DNA from: an uncultured Candidatus Saccharibacteria bacterium
GTDB taxonomy: Bacteria > Patescibacteriota > Minisyncoccia > Phycocordibacterales > XYD1-FULL-46-19
DNA length: 64,000 nt
Assembly: GCA_964639285.1 (NCBI GenBank)
Contig: CAZXCI010000004.1
Coordinates: 5,252-69,251 of the forward strand
Direction of reading: 5' to 3'
The translations under genes were made by a program, and so were the position numbers. Positions 1 through 9,009 of this stretch are shown piece by piece; position 1 is the first letter of the stretch, and every line of letters starts with the position of its first letter. The notes under the pieces were generated by a model that ran no database searches, had not been told where the DNA came from, and saw only the letters and a program-made list of their open reading frames with translations.

Positions 1-428
1 ATTCGGTCGATTTGCGAGCATAAAGACAATATTTGACCTTTTGGGTTGGTAAGGCCATTGGTTGGCTTATTTGGGCACTTATGGCTTGTATTTCCATATT
101 ATATTGATGACAGACCCCAAAACCTTGTAAAGCTATGCAGAATTGACCGTTTATTACATAATCGTGGGCTAGCTTTACAAATATTTTGATCAGCGATAGG
201 GTTGGACGGATACAATTTTTGGTTGTATTATTACATTAACAATTTAATAAGAGACCTAAACTTATTACTCCTAAGCATGGTCGTCAAATTCCCACCACGG
301 GTGCAAAAAACTCCTAGTCAGAGTTACCTGTGGTGGGTCATATTCCGAAAGGGATATGGGTGGTCCTCGGATCACCGGCTGGCTAGGAGCTTTTTGCAAC
401 TAGCCAGAACTCAAAACCCACCACGCAA

Positions 429-923
429 ATGAATATCGAAAAAGAACCTTCTGATTCTAGGGTTCAAAAATTTAATTGGAATCAACCGCTTATTAAGAAA
501 CTTATTATTATCTTTTCTATCGTAGTTTTAATTGCGGTCGGTGTTGTCATGAATGACGATTCAAACATCAAAAAAACTACGAAAGAGAATGTTAGCAGAC
601 AGAAAGTAGAGACAAAAGATTTTCTGACAATCGGCGATACTGGATATCTGCGATTGCCTAGCACCAAAAATCCAGAACAAATGATCTGTTTGGGTCCGAC
701 TAAAGAATCTTACAATCAAATAATGAAATCTATTTCAGCTAAAGATTTCCTCGGAGTCTTTGAAGCAGGAGGTTTCTGCACTGGAAACGGAACAAAAGTT
801 CAAGTCATAGACGTTAGTTTCTCAATGAAGAAAGTAAGGATCATGGAAGGTGTCCGAGAAATAGACCAAAATGTCTTATTGCGAACTGGTTGGGTCGCAA
901 CAGAATGGGTCGTTAAAGACTAA
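429..923 (+). CDS. hypothetical membrane-anchored protein
   Basis: 164-aa ORF; N-terminal hydrophobic segment (LIIIFSIVVLIAVGVV); no recognisable domain. Confidence 0.4.
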   Translation: MNIEKEPSDSRVQKFNWNQPLIKKLIIIFSIVVLIAVGVVMNDDSNIKKTTKENVSRQKVETKDFLTIGDTGYLRLPSTKNPEQMICLGPTKESYNQIMKSISAKDFLGVFEAGGFCTGNGTKVQVIDVSFSMKKVRIMEGVREIDQNVLLRTGWVATEWVVKD

Positions 924-933
924 ATCCACCGAT

Positions 934-1485
934 ATGTCGACTTTCGCCATTCAATTTCCTGAATACGATATCGCTAATAAACTTAAGGAGGAATTTCCTC
1001 AAAAGGATAATTTCTCGGTAGCAATACCACTTAGTCGCCAACAGAAATATTATGACTTACTATTGGTTAACGGAGCCAAAAATAAATTTGTGACGATTCA
1101 AGTTAAGAGTTCGCGAACATATCTAGGCAAAGAAAAAGATATTTTCGATTACTATTCTTGGTTTAATCGGTTCGATATTAAAGACAATTATAGTGATTTC
1201 TATTTCCTCTATATGACTTATCCTTTCTTCGACAAGAATGGAAAACCTCGGGCCAAATGGAACACGAAGATTCTTGTTTTTAATCAGAGAGAGATGAAGC
1301 AAATACTGGATCAAGTCAAAACTAAATCGGGAAAGCCAGACTTATTTTTTTCTTTCGGCTTTAATCAAGACAAAGATTCCAAGATTTATGGCCAACGAGG
1401 TTTTTCATCACAAAAGGAAAAAGATTATTCAGCTAATCTACTAGAAAATAGAATTACCGGATTAAGGGCGAAATTTAAAGATTAA
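934..1485 (+). CDS. hypothetical protein, possible PD-(D/E)xK-like nuclease fold
   Basis: ORF track 871..1485; an internal ATG at 934 follows the upstream stop by 10 nt. D..(Q)VK pattern (YDLLLVNG...VTIQVKSS) is weak. Confidence 0.35.
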   Translation: MSTFAIQFPEYDIANKLKEEFPQKDNFSVAIPLSRQQKYYDLLLVNGAKNKFVTIQVKSSRTYLGKEKDIFDYYSWFNRFDIKDNYSDFYFLYMTYPFFDKNGKPRAKWNTKILVFNQREMKQILDQVKTKSGKPDLFFSFGFNQDKDSKIYGQRGFSSQKEKDYSANLLENRITGLRAKFKD

Positions 1486-1871
1486 CTCCCTTGAGGGGCT
1501 TCTTCATTTGGTTTACGTCCCGGAACAATCTCGACCGTAATCTTTTCGACCCTTTCGCTTCCAGCATAGTTCTCCCAAAACATCTTCGGCCTTGGTCGGA
1601 CGTAATTCTTCTTGTTGTTATCTAACCAGTATCTGATCGCCCAAGGCTTACCTTCTTGAACAGCTTTGATCAGCCGACTTTCCGCAATATCATTACCTGA
1701 ATCAATACCCATCGCTAATGCTTTGTCCATTTCTTTTTTAAACTCGAGATCCTCTTCTCGCCAACGATAAATAGTATTTCTCGCTAGCCCCACCTTGGCA
1801 CAGACAGAACTAACAATCGGCACCAAGGCTAGTTCTTCTAAGAATCTATTTGATAATTTAGACTTCTTCAT
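1482..1871 (-). CDS. phage terminase small subunit-like HTH protein
   Basis: HTH segment (ARNTIYRWREEDLEFKKE) followed by the ...AIRYWLDNNKKNY... pattern, which resembles the ...aaIFwLKNR.p.W.dk signature of terS families. Confidence 0.45.
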   Translation of the reverse strand: MKKSKLSNRFLEELALVPIVSSVCAKVGLARNTIYRWREEDLEFKKEMDKALAMGIDSGNDIAESRLIKAVQEGKPWAIRYWLDNNKKNYVRPRPKMFWENYAGSERVEKITVEIVPGRKPNEEAPQGS

Positions 1872-3135
1872 TTTCTTTTAATACTTCGACCTTTAGACCT
1901 GTTAATGCTTCATAACGCTTGATGATCAAATCACAGAAGATGGGCTCAAGCTCGACAGAATAGACTCGGCGTTTTAATTGTTCGCCGGCGATTAAGGTAC
2001 TCCCCGAACCAGCAAAGCTGTCTAAGATGATGTCACCGGGCTTAGTACAACGAGTAATTGCTTTGTGGTGAAGTTCTGGTGGTTTAGTGGTAGCGTGTTC
2101 GTAATCGTTACTAGCCACCCTCTTCTCCATCCAAATATCACCGATTTGATCAAGAAGATCGTTACCTGTGCCTAACTCGTTATTCATCGCTTCGTTAAGG
2201 TCAGTTTTGTCGGTGGCGAGATACGGTTTGCCTTTGGTGCCATAGGTACAAGGCTCATAGCATTTGTTGAAAGCGACTCCCGGGGTTGGGTTCTGGCTAT
2301 TTTTAATCCAGAGACAGACTCGTTTGTTCTCGATCCCTAATTCTCGGTAGAGGGTCTGAATGAGCCAAATATATTTCTGATCAGACCAGTAGAAGACGTG
2401 GAGATTAGGTGAGGCGACCATCAGGGCATTCTCTAAGCTTCTCTTGAGAAAATCGTGGTACTCTGAATCAGTGCGGTCGTCTTTGACTTGGCCACCATAA
2501 TTATTCTTTCCGCCAATTCCACCGTTGTAGTCGATTTTGATGTTGTAGACAGGATCAGAGTAGATCATGTTAGCCTTATCGTCACCAAATAGCCGTTTAA
2601 GGACATTGGGATCAGTGGAATCACCACAGATGAGCTTGTGGCGACCTAAGAGGATTAAATCACCCTTTTGGGTTGTTGGAGTCTTGATATCTCGAAGGGC
2701 TTTCTTGAGATCAAACTTTTCCTTCTTCTCGACTTCCTCGCTATCCCAAATCTCAGCCAGTTCAGTCATATCGAAACCAATATTAGCAAGAAAGTCGACA
2801 TCGAAGTCCTTAAGAGCTTCGTAGTCCCAATCGCCAGTGACGGCGTTGCTGGTTAGGAGGTATCGTTCATATTCCTCATCGGTTAAGGGGCGGTTAGGAA
2901 CTCGAACATCTATCAACTCCTCACCACGGCCCAAGAGTTGCAAGGCCTTAATGCGTTGATGCCCAGCGATGATCTTGTTGTCAGTATCAATCGCGGGAAT
3001 TTCGACGAGATTGAATAATTTGAGACTCTTTTTCAGATCAGCCATTTGCTTGTCTGAAATTAGACGTGGGTTCTTCGAGGAGGGTAAGAGGTCGTTGACT
3101 TTGCGCTTCTCGGTGGACCAAATTAAGTTATCCAT
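1858..3135 (-). CDS. ParB-like nuclease domain fused to a beta-class DNA N6-adenine/N4-cytosine methyltransferase
   Basis: N-terminal ParB motif (NKIIAGHQRIKAL); motif IV variant LICGDS...SDPVYN; C-terminal SAM motif I LDSFAGSGST; overlaps the terS-like gene. Confidence 0.7.
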   Translation of the reverse strand: MDNLIWSTEKRKVNDLLPSSKNPRLISDKQMADLKKSLKLFNLVEIPAIDTDNKIIAGHQRIKALQLLGRGEELIDVRVPNRPLTDEEYERYLLTSNAVTGDWDYEALKDFDVDFLANIGFDMTELAEIWDSEEVEKKEKFDLKKALRDIKTPTTQKGDLILLGRHKLICGDSTDPNVLKRLFGDDKANMIYSDPVYNIKIDYNGGIGGKNNYGGQVKDDRTDSEYHDFLKRSLENALMVASPNLHVFYWSDQKYIWLIQTLYRELGIENKRVCLWIKNSQNPTPGVAFNKCYEPCTYGTKGKPYLATDKTDLNEAMNNELGTGNDLLDQIGDIWMEKRVASNDYEHATTKPPELHHKAITRCTKPGDIILDSFAGSGSTLIAGEQLKRRVYSVELEPIFCDLIIKRYEALTGLKVEVLKENEEV

Positions 3136-3211
3136 AATAAAAATGAAGCTAAATTAATAATAGCCTCATTAAATCAGAGGGCTAAAATTCAATTCGGAAA
3201 ATAACAGGTTG

Positions 3212-3982
3212 TTATTTTCCGAGACCAAATATTTTTTGTCGAGCTCTATCTAAGGCTCGTTTGCTATCATAAGTTTTTTTAACATCAGGATGGCCCTCTA
3301 ATTCTCTGGTCGCCTCATTAATTGTCATTTTGTATTCCTTATTTTCAACTTCATCAAGACGCTCAAGATCTCCCCTTGTTTCTTCATAAAGGATGTCCCG
3401 GTCGATATTTCTTAACTTAGGAGCCTTCTCTAACTTGCAGAGATTATTAACAAAATATTTAAGGTCGGTAAGGTCGTCATCGGTCAATTGGTGGTAAATA
3501 TTGACTCTCAACGATCTCGGCTTTTGGTCCATGTCTTTGGGAAAAGGATCTGTAACCGTAAAATTATTTGTTGGTGCAGTTATCTTGTTTAATAGTAGGT
3601 AATCTCTTATGTGGTTAATAAAGTTAGCGGGTAGATTAAACCTTAGAGCTATCTCCCTTGTTTTATGAGAAAAGTAAGTCCACGGGATATCAGTGACAGA
3701 ATATTGAGAATTGCCGTTTTTAATTTCGAGGATCATCTTATCTGAACTTTTAGACATCTCGTCAACCCATTTTTCACATTCTTCGTTTGTTTCCAAGCCG
3801 TCAACAGGGATACCCAGATATTCCCTTACTTCGTCAATTATGATCTGAAATTCTTCGGTAGAGACTAATAATTTCATTATTGAGAGATTTCTCTGGTGGG
3901 TCTTTGATTGTCTCTCTGTTTTTTCTCTCCTTTTTGCCATATTTAGATTATACGACAGTTTAGAAATAAAAAAGTTATCCAC
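3212..3982 (-). CDS. hypothetical protein
   Basis: 256-aa ORF with no recognisable motif; true start may be internal (MAKRREK.. or MKLLVS..). Confidence 0.35.
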   Translation of the reverse strand: MDNFFISKLSYNLNMAKRREKTERQSKTHQRNLSIMKLLVSTEEFQIIIDEVREYLGIPVDGLETNEECEKWVDEMSKSSDKMILEIKNGNSQYSVTDIPWTYFSHKTREIALRFNLPANFINHIRDYLLLNKITAPTNNFTVTDPFPKDMDQKPRSLRVNIYHQLTDDDLTDLKYFVNNLCKLEKAPKLRNIDRDILYEETRGDLERLDEVENKEYKMTINEATRELEGHPDVKKTYDSKRALDRARQKIFGLGK

Positions 3983-4078
3983 AGGTAGTTAAAAAAAGAG
4001 AAAAACCTTATATTTCAAGGTATTTTTGATTGCTTGAAAACGAAAAATATGGTATAATAGGGTCATTATTAGCTAATT

Positions 4079-4330
4079 TTGAAGAAAATGGCAAATTATC
4101 ATGTTACTAAGGACAAGGATTCTGGAGATTGGAGAGTAAAAAGAGAAGGGGCCAGCAGAGCGAGTGACTTCGCTGATACCCAAAAGGAAGCTATAAAAAT
4201 CGCCAAAGAATTATCTTCAAATTCTGGCGGTGGAGAAGTCCGGATTCATAGTCCCAAAGGTCCAATTATCGACAGTGACACCGTTGCCCCAGCAAAAGAT
4301 CCCTGTCCTCCGATTGATAAAAAACACTAA
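4079..4330 (+). CDS. DUF2188-family small protein
   Basis: MANYHVTKDKDSGDWRVKREGASRASDFADTQKEAIKIAKELS...EVRIHSPKG matches the DUF2188 pattern. Confidence 0.5.
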   Translation: MKKMANYHVTKDKDSGDWRVKREGASRASDFADTQKEAIKIAKELSSNSGGGEVRIHSPKGPIIDSDTVAPAKDPCPPIDKKH

Positions 4331-4343
4331 AACAAATTTATTG

Positions 4344-5402
4344 ATGAAAAAGAAGTTTGATTTAAAGAAAAAAATCACAGAGGATGCTATCAGTGAATTT
4401 TTAAAGCAAAAACCTGACTTAAGCCTTTTTCATCGTGAGCAGACAGATTTAGAATTTAAAGAATCATTTAATCTTGCCGGATTGGCAGAGTATTTTCGTG
4501 ACTTTGCGGGATTCTCCAATAATTCTGGAGGTTTTATTATTTTTGGAGTAACAAATAGACCAAGGCGCCCCAACGGTTTATCAAAAAAGAGTTTGGTTCA
4601 ATTTTCAAGTATCGATGAAGAGAGAATTTCTGGTTATATTAATGAACACTTTGCTCCTTATATAGAATGGGAAATGGATACATTAAAAATTAAAGGCAAA
4701 ACGTTTGGTGCTTTTTATGCCTACCAGTCTTCTAACAAACCTGTTATTTGCAAAAAGGGAGATGATAAACAGATCATAAAAAACGGTGAGGTATATTATC
4801 GCTATGCAGGAAGAACAGAAGTTATCCAATATTCTGAACTTTCCAACATTATCGAAAATAGGATTAAAGAAAACAATAAACAATGGATTCAGAAGGTTAA
4901 AAAAATAGGAGAAATTGGTCCCGGGAATGCTGGTATTCTTGATACCGCAAATGCGACAATCGAAAGTGGAAATGGAACACTTTTAATAGATCAAGATCTT
5001 ATAAAGAATATTAATTTTATAAAAGACGGAGAATTTGATGAGAAAAAAGGTTCAAAAACTTTAAAACTAATTGGATCTGTAAAACCTGTAAATAAGTTGG
5101 AGGTCGAAAAAGTAATCAAAGAGAGATTAATAGATGAATACCCTTATTCATACAAACAACTAGAGGGAGAGATCAGGAAAAAAGACCCTCGAGCAAAGAT
5201 CAGCCGAATACAAGGAATAATTAAAGAGAACAATTTAAAAAATGATAAAAAATATTCAGCTTACAATTTTAGAAACAGGAATCAAGAGGAAAAGTATAAA
5301 GAAAATAAAATTATACCAAGTTCGGTCCCTTCTATTTTTAACATGGCAGCGATACAGTTTGTTTTAAAAGTCCTCTCTCAAGAAGTTATAGACAAATCTT
5401 AA
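4344..5402 (+). CDS. AlbA_2 (Schlafen-like divergent AAA) domain protein
   Basis: REQTDLEFKESFNLAGLAEYFRDFAGFSNNSGGFIIFGV matches the AlbA_2 signature (E.LEFK...AFAN..GG.l.iGV). Start taken at the internal MKKKFDL of ORF 4230..5402. Confidence 0.55.
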   Translation: MKKKFDLKKKITEDAISEFLKQKPDLSLFHREQTDLEFKESFNLAGLAEYFRDFAGFSNNSGGFIIFGVTNRPRRPNGLSKKSLVQFSSIDEERISGYINEHFAPYIEWEMDTLKIKGKTFGAFYAYQSSNKPVICKKGDDKQIIKNGEVYYRYAGRTEVIQYSELSNIIENRIKENNKQWIQKVKKIGEIGPGNAGILDTANATIESGNGTLLIDQDLIKNINFIKDGEFDEKKGSKTLKLIGSVKPVNKLEVEKVIKERLIDEYPYSYKQLEGEIRKKDPRAKISRIQGIIKENNLKNDKKYSAYNFRNRNQEEKYKENKIIPSSVPSIFNMAAIQFVLKVLSQEVIDKS

Positions 5403-5403
5403 A

Positions 5404-6156
5404 ATGGATGTCAAATTTACTAATTCAGAAAATTGTCTAATCGGTGAAGAAGAATTTACTTATTTCAGAGATTTTGTCTCCCTCTTAAAACAAATTGAGG
5501 AAACTCTAAAAGAAATTGGGGCGAAAAAGTTTTTTTCAAGTCCTGATCAGAAAATTCAAAGAGCAAGAGAAAGCCTAGCAGAATTCTTTTTTATTTCCGG
5601 CCTAAAAAAAGATACTGGTAAGGACTGGTGGTTATTGCAACCTAAAGATGAATTTCCTGATTTTATTTTAATGACCGTCAACAATGACCCCCTAATGGTT
5701 ACTTTGGACCAATTTGAACTAGTTGAGATACAGGAAAGATGCCAAACATTCGATGAGATGCTCTCTATTGTTAATAAGAAAATTAAAAAGGGTTATCCAG
5801 AAAACTACAATCTTCTGATTTTCATTAACCACAAGGAGAGTATAAACTGGCTATCTCGTTTAGAAGAAAAAATTGAAAGCTTCCACCCTTTCAAATCGAT
5901 TTGGTCTATACATCTCCTTTTCCGTGATCCGAAGGATATTTTTAGTGCTGTCATAACACAAATAAGACCTTACCCCATTAAAAGAATAGAAGTTAAGTTT
6001 AGCGATGAAGAATTATATAAACAATCATCGATCTTGAATATTACCGAAAAAATAGAAACTAGCGAAGGAATTTTTCTCCAATTCAAATCTGGGGTGGTCT
6101 CTGAATTAAAAAAAGAATTGAGAAAAATTAAAAAAGAGAAAAAGGAACAACAATAG
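5404..6156 (+). CDS. hypothetical protein (operon partner of the AlbA_2 gene)
   Basis: 250-aa ORF; starts 1 nt after the upstream stop; no known domain recognised. Confidence 0.4.
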   Translation: MDVKFTNSENCLIGEEEFTYFRDFVSLLKQIEETLKEIGAKKFFSSPDQKIQRARESLAEFFFISGLKKDTGKDWWLLQPKDEFPDFILMTVNNDPLMVTLDQFELVEIQERCQTFDEMLSIVNKKIKKGYPENYNLLIFINHKESINWLSRLEEKIESFHPFKSIWSIHLLFRDPKDIFSAVITQIRPYPIKRIEVKFSDEELYKQSSILNITEKIETSEGIFLQFKSGVVSELKKELRKIKKEKKEQQ

Positions 6157-6166
6157 CAAATAAATA

Positions 6167-7273
6167 ATGGAAGAAAAATCTGGGAAAAACCTCAAATCAC
6201 ACCAATACTACTCAGACCTCTACGATCGCCACACTGTTGAAGAATGTCGGCGCTGGGTCAAAAAATCAGACGACAAAGAACAAATAAATAAAGGAGTTAA
6301 AGATCTCAAAATAACCCGAGCTAAGGCAAAAATCGTACTCAAGTGTGTTAACGAACTCTCGCTTTATTTCATTTCTGGTGAACGCTATGCCAATAAATCA
6401 ATGACAATTCGTGAATGGGAAGAAAGAGACAGAGCTCGAGATGAGTTACTAGAAAAGGCTAAAGCCCCCGATTCAATCGCTTGTTTATCTTGTGGTCGTC
6501 TAATGTTTGTTTCTTCTAAACACCTTGACCTTGGAGGTGTAAAAGGTCCCGAGCGTGTCCTCTTTATGTATGATTGCCCTCTTGGTCACTTACCTCGTCG
6601 AGCTTTCTATCACACAGGTGAAGAATGGCGTCGTCCTCCTCACGAATGTCCTAAATGTAAATCTGAATTTAAAAGAGAAACCGAGCGAGAAGAAGGAAAG
6701 AAAATTGTTATGAAATACGCCTGTCACAAATGTGGCTATGTCGAAAATGAAGAAATAGACCTAATTGATAAGCCTAAGGAAAAAGAGAAGATTGACCGAG
6801 ATTTTGCAAAAGATAGAGATCGTTTTTGTTTGTCTAAAGAGGAGGGTGAAAAATATCTTGAGGGAAAAGCGACATTAGAATCAATCGGACCCCTTCTTGA
6901 AGAATGGAAAGAAAGGGATGAGCACAAAGAAGAATACGAAGCTGTGTCTAAACTCAAGAAATTAAAAATAACCGAACTTGAGGAATTGTTAATTCCCACC
7001 TTAGAAAAAGCTGATTATACTAAGCTTCAATTCAAAGATCCTGAGATGAATAAAGATGTTTTTCTTCCTTTTACTGTTTACGACAAACAAGCCAATCGGA
7101 GTGATCGAGAAAGCGAGATCAAACTCAAAAAATTGCTCGATAAGACCCTTGAAGATACTAATTGGCGACTTATGAGTGACGGGGTAAATTATCGCTTAGG
7201 AATGCTTAGTGGACGGCTAAGGGGTTATGAAAGAGAAGAAGATATGCTGAAAATTGTATATCTTTCTAATTAA
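6167..7273 (+). CDS. hypothetical protein with two zinc-ribbon-like Cys pairs
   Basis: CLSCGRL...DCPLGH and ECPKCK...CHKCGY pairs; charged K/E-rich C-terminal half. Confidence 0.4.
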   Translation: MEEKSGKNLKSHQYYSDLYDRHTVEECRRWVKKSDDKEQINKGVKDLKITRAKAKIVLKCVNELSLYFISGERYANKSMTIREWEERDRARDELLEKAKAPDSIACLSCGRLMFVSSKHLDLGGVKGPERVLFMYDCPLGHLPRRAFYHTGEEWRRPPHECPKCKSEFKRETEREEGKKIVMKYACHKCGYVENEEIDLIDKPKEKEKIDRDFAKDRDRFCLSKEEGEKYLEGKATLESIGPLLEEWKERDEHKEEYEAVSKLKKLKITELEELLIPTLEKADYTKLQFKDPEMNKDVFLPFTVYDKQANRSDRESEIKLKKLLDKTLEDTNWRLMSDGVNYRLGMLSGRLRGYEREEDMLKIVYLSN

Positions 7274-7296
7274 AAATCATTATTTAAAAATAAAAT

Positions 7297-8001
7297 ATGG
7301 AAAATAAAAAAGAATTCCTCGGGACACTTAAACAGATTTCGCCAAGGCTTTTAGTTGACGAGAAAGACGAAAAAGAAATCCAAAACTTCTTTCTTATCCT
7401 TGGCCTTATCTTTAACGATTTAAAAGGTCTGGTGTTTTTTCAAAAATTTCTTGAAGAAAATTACCGGAAACCAAAGGAAGATGAGACGACCGAACATGCT
7501 GGGGAATACAATGGGCTAATGGCTCAAGCTGATAGACTACTAATCTCCACAGTTGGCGAATTTTACAAATTTATAGAAAAAAATAAATCTGTATTAAACA
7601 GCTACCCTTTTTTATTTATTATTAAAAAACTTAGCCCAAATATCAGAAATAAATGGAGTGACCTTGTTAATTTAGAGCATGGTTCAACCATTTTGTCGAA
7701 AATAGCAAAAATCAGATCAAATGTTGCCTTTCATTATGATCACCCGATGAAAGTATTAAGGAAAGGATTTATTGGTAGCTTCTTTTCAGAAAGAAAGAAT
7801 ATCGCTCAACATCTGAAAGCTTGCTATTCTCTTGGTGAAGATATGGAACATACTCGCTTTTATTTTTCAGATGCATCCGCTCAAGACTACGTCAATTCTT
7901 TAATCGGTGCTGAAGATAGGGCAAAAATTAAGGGATCTGTAGAAGACATGAACAACACGATTCAGGCTTTGCTAAGGGCATATTTGGAAAATCTAAAATA
8001 A
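7297..8001 (+). CDS. hypothetical all-alpha protein, possible HEPN-like Rx4-6H motif
   Basis: RSNVAFH matches Rx5H; last gene of the tight four-gene operon. Confidence 0.35.
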   Translation: MENKKEFLGTLKQISPRLLVDEKDEKEIQNFFLILGLIFNDLKGLVFFQKFLEENYRKPKEDETTEHAGEYNGLMAQADRLLISTVGEFYKFIEKNKSVLNSYPFLFIIKKLSPNIRNKWSDLVNLEHGSTILSKIAKIRSNVAFHYDHPMKVLRKGFIGSFFSERKNIAQHLKACYSLGEDMEHTRFYFSDASAQDYVNSLIGAEDRAKIKGSVEDMNNTIQALLRAYLENLK

Positions 8002-8014
8002 TCTTTAATTTGTT

Positions 8015-8049
8015 AAAAAGTGTCACTTTTGTCACTTTTTGCTAGAATG
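8015..8049. repeat. 35-bp direct repeat copy 1 (palindromic operator-like, AAAAGTGtCACTTTT plus GTCACTTTTT)
   Basis: Identical 35-mer aaaaagtgtcacttttgtcactttttgctagaatg at 8015-8049 and 19948-19982. Here it is followed by TATAAT. Confidence 0.85.
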
Positions 8050-8068
8050 TATAATATATTTAGCCATT

Positions 8069-8599
8069 ATGGTTTTAGATGACAATATAAAACATTATAA
8101 AAAGGAACTCGGGGATCTACCCTTGTGGTTAAAATATGCAGTCGCTATCGCCACTATTTTTGGAACCATATTTGGCGGTTGGGGTGTATATATAGTTATT
8201 AGTGATAAAAACAATAAAGATCGATTGTTAGACAGCACGACTGCAACATCCTCAATTCCAATAAACATAACGAGTATATTATCTATGGCTCTTCATAAAG
8301 ATACTGCAATGGAACAGAGAGATTTTTTAAATAAGTATGAGGATGTTAAAGTCTTTGTCGATGGATATTTCAAAGATATATTGAATTACGGCGAAAACTA
8401 CCAAGTGTTTATAGATTCTTCCCTTTTACCTTTCAGAAATATACCGATTGTGTGCTCCTTAGACAATTTAAGCGAAGATGAAAAAAGAGAGTTATTCCTA
8501 TTCAAAAAACGTGACAAAGTATTACTTAGAGGTGTATTCACAGGTGGTAATTACAATGGAATTGCATGGTACGTGAAAGAGTGTCGCGTAGAAAAATAG
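8069..8599 (+). CDS. small membrane protein (cassette between repeat A and repeat B)
   Basis: ORF track 8039..8599 begins at TTG inside the repeat; the first ATG is at 8069. Hydrophobic segment (YAVAIATIFGTIFGGWGVYIVI). Confidence 0.4.
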   Translation: MVLDDNIKHYKKELGDLPLWLKYAVAIATIFGTIFGGWGVYIVISDKNNKDRLLDSTTATSSIPINITSILSMALHKDTAMEQRDFLNKYEDVKVFVDGYFKDILNYGENYQVFIDSSLLPFRNIPIVCSLDNLSEDEKRELFLFKKRDKVLLRGVFTGGNYNGIAWYVKECRVEK

Positions 8600-8600
8600 A

Positions 8601-8614
8601 GGTGCTCGAGTTGC
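8601..8614. repeat. 14-bp direct repeat B copy 1 (ggtgctcgagttgc)
   Basis: Exact repeat of 19985-19998. Lies 2 nt after the cassette gene stop. Confidence 0.7.
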
Positions 8615-8801
8615 TTCACCAATGATTATAAATTACACTAAAAATAACCTTATGGGGCTTGACCGAGAAAGGTTCTAGCTCTAGTCGGCCAGCCAGCTTG
8701 AGCTAGCTCAAAGATAACTAGTTTGAAGACAAAAAACACTTTTTATTTCGAAGGTGTTTTTTGTTGTTTTATATTACAACAAACTATGCTATAATCTTTG
8801 T

Positions 8802-9008
8802 ATGAAAGATGATGCCAAAAAGTTGGGAGAAAATCTCAAAAAACTTAGGATCAAAAAAGATATTAGCCAAATAGAACTCGCTCGTATGTTGAGTGTTGAT
8901 CGATCTTTTGTGAGTAATATCGAGAATGGAAAAAATAATCCAACTCTTTCAACCATTACTAGCTTAGCCAAGGCGTTAGGTGTTTCAACTAACGAACTTT
9001 TAAAATAA
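8802..9008 (+). CDS. XRE-family HTH transcriptional regulator
   Basis: ISQIELARMLSVDRSFVSNIENGKNNPTLSTITSLAKALGVSTNEL is a classic Cro/C1 HTH; TATAAT lies 11 nt upstream. Confidence 0.75.
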   Translation: MKDDAKKLGENLKKLRIKKDISQIELARMLSVDRSFVSNIENGKNNPTLSTITSLAKALGVSTNELLK

Positions 9009-9009
9009 T

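Noticed and set aside
202-432. 76-aa plus-strand ORF in the 5' leader
   Set aside because: Low-complexity YYY/LLL composition, no RBS, lies in a hairpin-rich region; likely non-coding.
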